The notes below the pieces were generated by a model that saw nothing but the letters and a program-made list of their open reading frames with translations, ran no database searches and had not been told where the DNA came from. The position numbers were made by a program, and so were the translations under genes. Shown one piece after another: positions 1-11,900 of a DNA stretch of 64,000 bases. This DNA comes from Heterodontus francisci (taxonomy: Eukaryota): positions 71,001,226 to 71,065,225 of the forward strand of contig NC_090389.1 of the NCBI RefSeq assembly GCF_036365525.1, read 5' to 3'. Position 1 is the first letter of the stretch; each line of letters starts with the position of its first letter.

Positions 1-869
1 GGACGGTCCCGGAAGATAGATAAGTTTTCTAGGGCCTCACCGGGGACAATCAGCCGGGCCCTGGTGAGGCAAGGGGGGTCAGTTAGGGGAGGTGGGGGGA
101 ATGTTATGCGTTGGGGGTGGTTGGCTTCGGGGGAGGCCCTCCATGGGGCACAGGGTGCCTGATCAGGAGGGCTCCCTTCCAACCCGCAAGAAGGCTGCCT
201 AGTGTTATCAGTTGGGGTTCTTGAAGCTTTTGCCATTCGGCCACCGAGGGTAAAGTACCCGCGGCAGCGGGCAGAACCTCATAAGTGGCAATTAATTGGC
301 CACTTAAGGGCCTTAATTGGCCTGGCATGGGCAGGCCGTTTCTCGCCACCGCTGCCCTTGTAAAATTGCAGGGTTGGGAGGGGGTTGGGAACAGCCAGCC
401 CCCGTGGCTTCCCACTCAGTTTTATTCCTCTCCTCGCCACCAACCCACTCATTTGGGGGGCAATAAAATTTTGGCCTTGAAGTCTTTGGCTGGTCAAAGT
501 ACAATTTGTGGCTGATTCGCTTGGCGCAGGGTTTTCTTGGAGGCAAACCTGTAGGGGGCTCTCTTCCTTGGTCTCTGGCTGTAGCAGTCTGTAGACTTGG
601 AGGATCAACAGTCGCAGAACGTTATCAAACCTGATGTTTTCTGGAGAGAGAGAAACAGAGGCACACAGCCATCTCTGCTGCTGCAGTCTTAGTTACTGCT
701 TGTCTCTTGTATGTTTAACAAAACTCCCAGTTTTTTCAGAGATGGGACAGACAGTCACATGACTGCCTCAGTGTATTCTCTGGAACCTTCTAATGAGATA
801 CAAGTTGGCTCCACTGGCCCCAAGATGCAAATATTTGCACTCGGACGGGTTTGCTGTTTCAAAGTCAAT

Positions 870-1740
870 GGGGCGAATTTTATTGGGCCCCCAACATTGG
901 TGGTCATGGTGGGGTGGCCCAGAAAATACCCCTGGGAGAGGCCCGCCATGGGCCCGGCACCATATTGCTGGTGGTGGTGAGGCCTTGTGGCTCCTACCAC
1001 CACCCACACACCACCACCCCCCCCGCGTCACTTGGCGATTGGAACATAATTAAAATATGTCAATGCATGTACCTTAAAGAATTAATACTTACCTCGTTGC
1101 GCCGGCCATTCCGTTCCCATGTTACGGTCACTGGCTGGCACTCCCGTGCTGTCCAATCCCTGACCAGTGAGGTATGGCGGAACATTGGAGGGGAAGGGGG
1201 AGCAGATAAGTTTTCAGGATTGGGGGGGGGGGTGTGGGAGCAGGGTTAAACATTTCTGATTGGTCTAGGGGGTGGTGGGAAGGGGTAAAGTTCATAAACT
1301 TTGGGGGGCTGGTGGAATGTCAGGATCGCAAGCTATGTTTATTTTGGGGAGAGAGGAAAAGTAATAATTTTTTTAGTCAATAGGAGGGGTGGGAGAGGGG
1401 CTTGAAACTTCTATTACATTTTTCACTTTAAATTTATAATTCCTGTAACTTTAAAAATTTAAATTAAACTGAAGGGCTGGAAGCCCTTTAAAAATGGCAC
1501 CAGCGTCTGCACAGTGGTGCCAGACGCCGTTGCTGGGGACGGAGTGCCCGCTCCCTCCACGTCATTGGGCGGGGTGGGGGGGGGGGGGTGGGGGTGGGGG
1601 TGGTGCTGTCCGCCCCAGCCATTTGAATGAGCTGCCGTGATTAATATCGCGGCAGCTCCCTGACGGGCGGTCCGCGCAGGCAGACTGTCATTTTGGAAGC
1701 TCGCTGCTGAGGTTGGTGGTGAGCTAGTAAAATGCAGCCC
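870..1740. mobile_element. Non-autonomous PIF/Harbinger-like DNA transposon (MITE)
   Basis: Imperfect TIRs (ggggcgaatttta ... taaaatgcagccc) flanked by a 3-bp duplication AAT at 867-869 and 1741-1743. GC-rich interior with no credible ORF. Similar GC-rich relics occur at 1-478 and about 2645-3435. Confidence 0.55.
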
Positions 1741-3798
1741 AATATGTCAGGATTGCCTTGACTGCCTTGCTAATGAAGCAACCCTAGGTAATTCAATTAC
1801 TTAGAGCAAGCCATTGTTCTGGGTCCAGGGCTTCTCAAACTTCTGTCTCCTGTTGGGCCTTGGAATGTGCAAAGGTGTTTCAGATGCAAATTGTGGAAGC
1901 CATCTTGGCTGCTAGTTTTTTAAAAGTTAACTCTAGGATTTTCTCCATTAAAAGTCTGATGTCAGTTTCCAACCGATGAATTAATATTTCTCATTTGGCA
2001 TATAGTGTTTCCTTGACAATATGGATTAAACTCACCACAGTTAGGCATTATCCATTTCAGACCAAGTATCCTTTTTAATGGTGTGGTAAGTCTTAATTGC
2101 TGCCAAACAACCTTTCTGGCACTAAAAATTAACTTTTTCAAGGATGGAATCTCATTCTTCAAGCCTTTAATTGTTGTTGGAGATTTATATATTCTTTAAA
2201 CATTTTCATTGTCTCTTTTATCCCTTTCTCTTAATCCAATATTTAATTTCTCTCTTTAATTTGCTTTATGTACCTGATTTGACATTAAATTCACTTTTCT
2301 AACTAACCGTTCCTGGTTCAGACTCTGCAATGCTCTTTCACACTTTTTCAATCTGATTGGTTAAGGAGATACACAGGTGCTTGTATTGTTAACACAGGTC
2401 CCAGATGCTCTGTAGAGGGCGCTAGGCTTTATGGATGTCCCATTTGCAGTATTGTGCCATTAAAAAAATCTCATAGGAATTAAATGGGAAAGGGCATGTT
2501 TAATAATGCAGTTTGCCAGCTACTGTAAATTCTGGCCCATTAACACATTGAATACAGTAGCTCATAAGATTGAGTATAATAGTTTATTTTTTGTGGTGGA
2601 CAATAAGGCCTTTATCTTTACTGGATTGGATTTCCAGGCAGTGGCGGGATGAATTCTGGTCAGTTTGGGTTTCCATGAATGCCATGGAGTTTTAACTCTA
2701 CAGTGTATGCGCTTATTTTGAACAGGATGCTCACCTGGAAGCCAACCTGATAGACAGGCTTAGCACCCTGTCAGGCCGTGGTACTCCAGAAGAGGCTGCA
2801 GCCCAGGAGCAGGAAGATCTCGTGCTGCTCAGGGTAGAGATCATAAGGGGTGGTCATTGGATACAGTGTGGTTTAGGGTGTCAGGGTGTGATTGTGGGAG
2901 TTCGTAGATAGATAGGGCAGAGAAGGGGGGACTGCAGAGTCGGTTGTTTTTCAGCGGGGGGTGTGTGGTTAGTGGTTACCGGGGGTGTCGATCTGTGGGG
3001 CGGGGAGTCACTGATTGCAGACGGGGTGCGGCAGTGTCCATGATCATGGGAGCCCATTCATGGGGCGGGAAGCAGGTTAACTTGGAGGCCCTTCTGCTCC
3101 TCCTGGTCCACAAGCAGTGCTGGAAAAGCACTTACCTCTTCTATGCAGTAGTCCTCACTTCCCTTTAACTGCCAGGTTTTCCGAGGCTCAGAAAACCTGA
3201 CAGACTAGGATTAAACCTGGAAGAGAGATAAAATATAGGCACGCAGCTTTATTAAAATATTTAAATGAGCAACCCGCCTCCTACACCAGCCCCCCCACCC
3301 CGCACCCGTACGATCCCACGCTGCCTCTGTTAAAACTGAAAATGGTCAGGCTCAAAGTGGATTGGATTTGTGCTTGAGGCTTTTAAAATCTTGATCCAAC
3401 CCAAACCCACCCATTACTGGGGGCTAAATTCCCCTTCGAAGTGTTTGTTCTTCCCTCACTAGTTTCACCTGCAACTTTTTCTCAACAATAATCACTGGTC
3501 CATCAGCTCAGCGGCAAGTCTTCCTCAGATTTTACTTTGGCACAAACTGTCTTCCAGTATCATTACATGATCAAGAATACTCTGTGGAAATAATCCTGGA
3601 GCCATAATGATAAAAGTGTTAGAGAAGCGCTGTCACGATGGTGCAGTCATTTGAGGCAGGGAATAGTTGGGGCATACATCTCTAGAAGATCATAGGTTTC
3701 CTCCCTGTTCTGTGCTGCATTAGGTAATTTTAGTCAGATTGGTAGCTGAGCCACAACTAACCTCAACATACTTGAGTAGGGAGGGAAAAATAGGAAGG

Positions 3799-4093
3799 TT
3801 TAGTTTTTTTAGTTTAGTTTAGAGATACAGCACTGAAACAGGCCCTTCGGCCCACCGAGTCTGTGCCGACCATCAACCACCCATTTATACTAATCCTACA
3901 CTAATCCCATATTCCTACCAAACATCCCCACCTGTCCCTATATTTCCCTACCACCTACCTATACTAGCGGCAATTTATAATAGCCAATTTACCTACCAAC
4001 CTGCAAGTCTTTTGGCTTGTGGGAGGAAACCGGAGCACCCGGAGAAAACCCACGCAGACACAGGGAGAACTTGCAAACTCCACACAGGCAGTA
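3799..4093 (-). mobile_element. HE1/V-SINE-type shark SINE, 5'-truncated
   Basis: Nearly identical to the copies at 34283-34621 and 45444-45800. Minus strand ends in gggcctgtttcagtgctgtatctctaaac(taaac)n. Confidence 0.85.
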
Positions 4094-4234
4094 TTTCTTG
4101 CCGCTGTTCAGTGACTCCTGCTGAAATGAGCATGTGTGGATAGGTAAGAAAGGAAGAATTTGCATTTGAGGACAGGATTAGTTTGGATGTGATGATTTGC
4201 CTCCCCCAATGAAAGGAAAGGAGGGGAGAAAACT

Positions 4235-4445
4235 AGCAAAAATACATTACATAACAGTTCAAATTTGACATTACATAAAGTACATAAAGTTTCTTTCAAT
4301 GGAGTACATGAGGCGCCTCATTGCACCAGCCATTACAGGTTATATTTACAATGTACATTTACATTTCATGTCAAATATTCTCCGATGCATACAGCCCGAG
4401 GGATTTTACATGGGTTCCTGTCCCTTGGTATACTAGGGCAGGAGG
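4235..4445 (-). mobile_element. Tx1-family LINE 3'UTR fragment
   Basis: Matches the 3'UTRs at 8940-9130 and 13730-13948 (catacagcccgaggg...acatgggttcc). It abuts the Copia LTR at 4446. Confidence 0.7.
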
Positions 4446-6775
4446 TGTTAATTGTATAAAAATTGTGTTTAATTATATGCACAGTGTTAATTAGGGTCTT
4501 ACTTGAGCACATGTAAGGAGACACCTACTGAAACTGAGGGGAGGTTAGAATAAGGAGCTTTTACTCTTCAAAATAAATGTATGACTGAGTAAAAATTGGC
4601 TCCAGTTTCATTCTGCAACAAGCTTTCTGGAATAGAACGTGGTAGCAGAGAACGGTTGTCGAAAGATGAAGGTTGGAAACTAAGAAAAAAAAAATCACAT
4701 AGAAAACTAAAATTCCAGTGGCTATTGTGGAAAATGGCAGAAAACAAGTGTAAATTGTCGGGATATGATTACTCTCTGATGTTCTCTGAGTTTGAACTAC
4801 ATGACCAGTGGAAGAATGAAATAGATATGTGGACAGGGGTTACGTCCCTACCAAAGAGCAAACAAGGTATGGCCTTGGAGTTGTCACTTTCCACCAAAAG
4901 TAGAATCAGACGTAAAGCATTTTGTGAGATGGATGGATGTCAGTTGGATAGTGAGGAAGATTTGGATCTTTTGTTCGAATTCTTGGCTGAAATTTACAAG
5001 AAAGACGATCTAATAAAAGCCTATTTGTTGCATATTCAGGATGATGGCCAAGAAGTGAGGTCCATGGACTGGCAGAATGGGGTGAAAGAGTGGAGAGTAA
5101 GAAAGCACAGTGCAAGTTCTAATAGTGGGTCTGGAAGTGACTCTTGCATCAGAAAACGATCATGTACTGGAGAAAGAGGCTCCCATAGTGCGAGAGGCAG
5201 ATCCTACAGTAGTAGACCCGAAAGACATCAATGTGCAAGTAGAGGCCATAGCTTGAATAAATTACACAATGAAATGAGGGCCACAGAACAATATAATTAT
5301 TGCAATAGAACTAGAAGCAGAAGTCCTTGTGCCCATGAAGTTTTGGTGGCTGTCAATAAACTTGAAGATAAACTAATAAGAGAGGCAAAACAGAAGGAAT
5401 TAGACAGTTGGAGAGAGTTTGGTGTTTATTTTAAGGCACCAGATAAGGGACAGCCGGCCTTGTCATATAGATAGATATGTACTGTTTTGAAGAGCGACTG
5501 GGTGGTACAGATGTTAGAGTGGACTCTCCCACATCTGGAAAAGTAACCTGGAAAATCTTTTTAGCTCTTTTGGTCACAAATTCATGGGAGTGTCGATCCA
5601 TTAACATAAAAACCGCATTCCTGCAAGGTGAGACTTTTCAGAGAGAAATGTTTTTGAAACTGCCTAAAGAGGCGGCAGATGCAGAAGGAAAACTGTGAAA
5701 AGCTAAACAAATGTGTCTATGGCCTGAATGATACTTCCAGGGTGTGGTATTTTTTGTTGCGTTCAACTAAGAGCAGATCCCACAATGTTTTATTGGTATC
5801 ATAAAGAAAAGATTTCAGGCATCTTCATGATACACGTTGATGATTTCTTATGGAGTGGTACTGTGGAATCTGAGAACTGTGTTATTTATAAGACTGGAGT
5901 AGAATTTAAGATTGGGAGTCAGGCTTGTGGGGCTCTTAAATATATTGGTTTAGATATTAAGCAGAGTAGGTCTGGAATAACTTTAAATCAACAATCCTAT
6001 TTAGAGACTGTTACTCCTATCCTGGTTAATCGTGATCGGTCATCACAGAAAGATGATGTTGTATCTAAAGCAGAGACAGAACAATTGTTTGTTGATTGAT
6101 CGATTGAACTGTGTGTATACTCAGACTAGGCCAGATGCTAGTTTTGATGTGTTGGAGTTAAGTACTATGATGAAACATCCGAAAGTTGAGAGTGCTTCAG
6201 GGAAAATAAAACATTCAAAAAATTAAATCTGGAGAAATGCATACTTAGATTCCCATCCTTAGGTGACCCAAGGAATATGAAACGAATCATTTTTAGTGAT
6301 GCTTCACATGCTAATCTTCCTGATGGGTATTCGAGTGCAACTGGTTTCATAATATTTCTGATGGCTGAAAATGGGAAATGTTGTCCTTTAGCTTGGGAAG
6401 CTAAGAAAATAAAAAGGGTTGTTAAAAGTACTTTAGCTGCAGAAACAATTATGGAGGCAGTGGATATGGGGTTCTATTTGTCAAATATTTTAGGTAAGAT
6501 TCCGTACAAGGGACATACTGAAGATAGGATACTCATTGAATGTTATGTAGATAATTGTCCCTTGTGAGATAATGCACAGTCTACAAAAAGTGTGAGTGAG
6601 AAAAGGTTACGAATTGACTTTGCTGGCTTGAAACAAATGCTGGAGAAAGGAAGTCTCCAAAATAAAATGGGTAGATGCAAGTCATCAACTATCTGATTAT
6701 TTTACAAAAGGAAATGCTTGTACAAAGAAATTGTTATGGGTCCTAGAGGAGGGGCATCTTGCAATGTAATTATGT
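4446..6775 (+). mobile_element. Copia (GalEa-like) LTR retrotransposon relic 1: 5'LTR-PBS-gag fragment-[deletion]-RT-RNase H
   Basis: LTR at 4446-4639 starts TGTTAATT and is homologous to the LTR halves at 42105-42183 and 46932-47060. PBS follows at 4640. RVT_2-type motifs INIKTAFLQG, IHVDDF and TRPD; RNase H motifs FSDASHAN and KRVVKSTLAAE. Frameshifted, protease and integrase missing, no 3'LTR. Confidence 0.85.
4640..4650 (+). promoter_or_regulatory. Primer-binding site complementary to the 3' end of initiator tRNA-Met
   Basis: TGGTAGCAGAG immediately follows the LTR end and is the reverse complement of tRNAiMet ...CUCUGCUACCA. Confidence 0.8.
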
Positions 6776-7913
6776 TCAGTTCCACACATTAATGCAAATA
6801 TTTGTTGCATTGTCCAATGATATTTATGAATGTAAATACTACACTTTGTCCAATATTAATGAAATAATTGGATAAAACCATAAACTTGTTACAGTTCTTC
6901 AGTTGATTTTTGAGTTCTTACATTTATTCCAATGGAGAACTCAGTAACATGGGATTACCATCTGCGCATTCGGTTTCAATTCCAAATGGCATGCTGGTAC
7001 CAAAGATGCTATGAGAAGATGATGAGATCAGCTTGCTTTTATATAGTACTCCTTACATGCAGTGAGATGACTCAGAGCTTCACAATAAGGAGGTAATGAC
7101 AGGGTTGAGACAGAGCAATAATTCCAACAATAACTCCTGGGGGACACCAATGTACACTTCCCTCTAGTCTGAAAAACAGCATTACACCACTGCTCTGTGC
7201 TGGGAAAATTATTTTGCCCAGAGTTCGCAGTCAGTGGCAAAGCAAGGGCGCTCGCCGCTTACCATGAAGCAAATCTTGCTGAGAGATCAAGCAATCTCGC
7301 TGGCAAGAATTTCGTCTCTATCACCGTGCAGTGATCCTGCAACTGATTGCAACGTTCTTTACTGGGGATTCATAAGAGTGGAGCTGGAGTGATGTCATCA
7401 GGTGGTCCAAGTAGCCAATTACTTGAAAAGATTTTCACAGACATCCGAACAGGAAACTAAAAGTAATAAAATCTAATCACTTTCAAAGAATTTTACATAC
7501 AGCAAATTAAAGATTGGGTCATACACATGGGGTAAAGGAAAAAGCTAAATTATTCTGGAAAAAACACTTTAAAAAAAGTTTAAAAGTTGAATCTTAAATT
7601 ATCTACGAAAATCCACGAACATAAAATTACTTTTTCAGGGCAAGTTCTGTTCATCAATTTTTTAAAATCACATCACAGTTAAAAACACAGTTATATCTGA
7701 TTGAAAAAGGTATAACTTTTCATGGGGTTACAAATAGCAATGTGAGAGCAGGAAAGTTGAAATTCTCACCGATTTCATGATTGCTGGCTCGGGGGCAGGG
7801 GTGGGGTGGAGAGGGGTGGGGTGCGGCGGGTGTGGTGTGCACACAGCACAACCTGCGTCAGAGCCCTGAGTGACAGACTACAACTTCAGGATTACTGAGC
7901 TAATCTGCACAAC

Positions 7914-8053
7914 ATCAGTTCTGATGAAAGGTCACAGACCTGAAATGTTAACTCTGTTTCTGTCTCCACAGATGCTGCCAGACCTGTTCAGTATTTTCAA
8001 CACTTCCCGTTTTTATTTCAGATTTCCAGCATCTGTAGTATTTTGCTTTTATT
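7914..8053 (+). mobile_element. Penelope-like element (family A) terminal repeat fragment with minimal hammerhead core
   Basis: agtt-CTGATGA-a-aggtc-aca-gacct-GAAA-tg-tt-aact at 7917-7953. The same repeat occurs at 28850-29124 and 51722-52015. Confidence 0.7.
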
Positions 8054-8087
8054 ATCCTGAAGTTGCGGTCAGTTTCAGAGGGGTAAT

Positions 8088-8902
8088 TGTTTTTCCAAAA
8101 ATATATTTTATTTGTAAAAATGCATTACATAAAGTGCAATACAGATCAGTTTCTTCAATTCAGTGCATGAGGTGCCTCACTAGACATGCCTTTACAGGTT
8201 ATATTTACAATGCACATTTACATTTCATAGAGTCATTGAGTTTTACAGCACAGAAACAGGCCCTTCGGCCCAACACGCCTGCGCTGACCATCAAGAACCC
8301 ATCCTAATTCCATTTCCCCGCACTTGGCCCGTAGCCTTGTATGTTATGGCGTTTCAAGTGTTCATCTAAATACTTCTTGAATGTCGTGAGGATTCCTGCC
8401 TCTACCACACCTTCAGGCAGTGTGTTCCAGATTCCAACCATCCTCTGGGTGAAGAAATTTCTCCTCAACTCCCCTCTAAACCTTCTGCCCCTTGTCTTAA
8501 ATCTATGCCCGCTAGTTATTGACCTCTCCGCTAAGGGAAAAAGTTTCTTCCTATCTATCCTATTAATGCCCCTCATAATTTTGTATACCTCAATCAGGTC
8601 CCCCCTCAGCCTTCTCCGCTCCAAGGAAAACAACTCCAGTCTATCCAGTCTGTCTTCATAACTGAAATGCTCCAGCCCAGGCAACATTTCATGTCAAACC
8701 TTCTCTGGTGCATACAGCTGCAGGTATTTTACATGAGTTCCAGCCTCTCAGCAAACTATGGAGGGAGGACTTTACACAATGGTCCTACGCCATTGAGCCT
8801 TTGTGGCAGCTGCCCTAAGCTTTAGCAGCCCCTCAGCACGTAGTGCTGGATCTTGGAACGTGCCAGTCGTCAACACTCGGTCGTCAACAGCTCTTTGCAC
8901 TG
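8088..8902 (-). mobile_element. Tx1-family LINE 3' fragment (copy C), interrupted by a CR1 fragment
   Basis: 8693-8902 aligns with the ORF2 C-terminus and 3'UTR at about 9060-9262. The 3' end and A-tail lie at about 8088-8112. Confidence 0.75.
8229..8683 (-). mobile_element. CR1 (HER1-like) LINE 3' fragment
   Basis: ORF 8304-8687 encodes the CR1 ORF2 C-terminus (LFSLERRRLRGDLIEVYKI...FFTQRMVGIWNTLP). TSD acatttcat at 8220-8228 and 8684-8692. Confidence 0.9.
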
Positions 8903-8903
8903 A

Positions 8904-11900
8904 TTATTTTTTTCCCCCAAAATTTACTTTATTCATAAAAATTTGTAATATATTACAAAACAGTTCAAATTTGACAGTTCGATACAGAACATGAGTTGCC
9001 TCACAACTCTTTCTATTCCATTTTACCTGCAATGTATATTTGCATTAGACAGCAAAAACATCTTTGGTGCATATAGCCCGAAGGGTTTTCCACAGGTTCC
9101 AGCCCCTTGGTGTACTATGGCGGGAGGACCTTACACAGTGGCCTTTCCCCATTGAGCCTTTGCCGCGGCTGCCCCAAGCTTTAGTGCGTCCCTCAGCACG
9201 TAGTCCTGGACCTTGGAATGTGCCAGTCTGCAACACTTGGTCGTGGACAACTCTATGCGCTGGAAGACCAGCAAGTTTCGGGCAGACCAAAGAGCATCTT
9301 TCACCGAGTTGATGGTCCTACAGCAGCAGTTGATGTTTATCTCGGTATACGTCCCTGGGAACAGACCATAGAACACAGACTCCTGTGTGACAGAGCTGCT
9401 CGGAATGAGCAGAAGGAGGTGGGCAACAGTCTCTTCCCCACTACAGCCACCTTGAGGGCAGCGTGCGGAGGCGGTGAGATTCCGGGTGTGCAGGAAGGAT
9501 CTGACGGGAAGGGCCCTTCTCACCACCAGCCAAGCTACATCTTGGTGCTTGTTTGAAAGTTCTGGTGATGAGGCATTCTGCCAAATGATTTTGACAGTCT
9601 GCTCGGGGTACCATTTGACAGGATCCACCATCTCTTTTTCCCGTAGGGTCTTGAGGACATTCCATGCAGGCCACTGCCTGATGGATTGGTGGTCAAAGGT
9701 ATGGCACGGTCCAACTGGATGAAGTGTTCTGCGGCAATGTGGCCAGACCTATCCTTCGCAACACCGGGGACAGATAGAACCTCAGCACGTAGTGACACTT
9801 GGTGTTTGCGTACTGGGGTTCTAATGCACAGCTTGATGCAGCCACACATCAGGATGAGGGCGACGTTTTGGGTTCGTTTTTCTCCCTTTATCCAGAGGTT
9901 TGAAAATCATGTCCCTCCGGACACGGTCCATTTTGGATCTCCAGATAAAGCGGAAAATGGCACGGGTGACCGTCACAGCGCAGGAGTGGGGTATGCACCA
10001 GTCCTGCACCACGTACAGCAACAACATGAGCGCCTCGCACCTGATGACCAGGTTCTTACCCGCAATGGAGAGAGAACACTGCTTCCACATGCTCAGTTTA
10101 TGGTGTACCATGGCTACTCATTCCTTCCAGGTTTTGGCGCACCTCCCGGCTCCTCCAAACCATATCCCCAGCACCTTCAGGTAGTCTGACTTGACGGTGA
10201 AGGGGACAAAGGATCTGTCAGCCCAGTTCCTAAAGAATATGGCCTCGCTCTTGCCATGATTTACCTTGGCTCCCGAGGCCAGTTTGAACTGGTTGCAAAT
10301 GCTCATCAGCCTGCGAACGGACGGTGGATCCGAGCAGAAGACGGTGACGTCGTCCATGTACAGGGAGGCTTTGACCTGAGTGCCTCCACTGCCTGGGATT
10401 GTCACTCCTCTTATGCCCGCATCCTTCCGAATGGATTCAGCAAAAGGTTCGATACAGCAAACAAACAAGACAGGAGAGAGAGAACAGCCCTGCCTGACTC
10501 CTGATTTGATCAGGAAACCTTCTGATTCGCACCCATTGATTGAGATGGCGCTACTGATGTTTGTGTAGAGCAGTTGGATCCAATTGTGGATTTCCTCCGC
10601 AAACCCCATCTGGAGAGCACATCCATCATGTATGTGTGCGACATCCTGTCAAAAGCCTTCGCCTAGTCCAAAATGATGAGGGAAGTGTACACCTCCCTAT
10701 TCCATTCATAGGCGATCGTATCCTGAGTGGCGCAAGACTATCAGAGATCTTTCTGCTGGGTACAATGCAGGTCTGGTCAGGGTGAATCACCAACTCCAGG
10801 GCAGAATTGACCCGACTGGTGATGACTTTGGACAGAATCTTGTAGTCTACATTAAGCAGTGAGATGGGCTGCCAATTTCTGATTTCCGCCCTCTCCTCCT
10901 GTAGATGAGGGTGATGATGCCTTTCCTCATGGATTCTGACATGCTGCTGACCAGAAGCATACTCTCGTACACTTCCAGCAGGTCTCGGCCAATCCAGTTC
11001 CACAGAGCTGAATACAACTCAACCAGTAAGCCGTCACTTCCGGGAGTTTTATCTTTGTCAGCTCGTCCAGAGTTAGTGGTTTGTACAGCGGCTCTTGCAT
11101 GCTGTCATCTATGACCTCCATCATAAATGACAGGAAGCACTGGGAGACCGTGCTGTCCGTGGGCTTCATGTCGTACAGCCCGGCATAAAAGGATTTGCTG
11201 ATCCTTAGTATGTCAGACTGCGAAGTTGTTACCAAACCATCCTCTTCCTTGAGGCTGCTGATCACAGAGCTCTCTCTGTGTACCTTTTGGAAGAAGAAAC
11301 GCGAGCACATCTCATCCTGCTCAATGGAGCGGACTCTGGACCGGAAGATGATTTTGGAGGCCTCCATGGCAAAGAGCTAGGCCTGCTAGCTCTTCACCTC
11401 TTGGAGATCCTCCTTGACCTCGACTCCCATCGATTGCAGCCAGAGCAGATTTTGCATTCTTTTCTGGAGTCAGGACATTTCCCTCTGTCTCTCTCTCACC
11501 CTCTAAACACCTTTGAGGATAAAAAAACCTCTTAATGTTTGCATTGATCGCTTCCCACCAGTGCACCAGAGACTCAAAGAGGAGTTTCATAGTTCTCCAA
11601 CCTTTGTAATCCCTTTTGAGTCCCTCAATGTACTCTGGGGTTAGCAGTGTAACATTCAGTTTCCATGTCTCCCTGCCAACCCGCTGGTCGTCCTGTAAGT
11701 GACAGTTGGCCAGTAAGATGCAGTGGTCAGAGAACAGCTTGACGTCGGTGGATCTGACCGTGAAAGCACAGGACACAAACAGGAAGTCAATTCTGGAACG
11801 GGCAGACCTGTCGGGTCTTGACCAGGTGTATCTACCCTGTGCTCCGTCTGCAGGTTTGCTGAAGACGTCGTGCAGCTTGGCGTCTTTCACTGTTTCCATT

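Noticed and set aside
1567-1603. G-quadruplex-like G-runs (also C-runs at about 18470 and 46175)
   Set aside because: These are simple homopolymer tracts, mostly within repeats, and nothing indicates function.
4596-5474. 292-aa ORF as a novel host gene
   Set aside because: It is a deletion-created in-frame fusion of Copia gag with the IN-RT linker, and its predicted start is a TTG inside the LTR.
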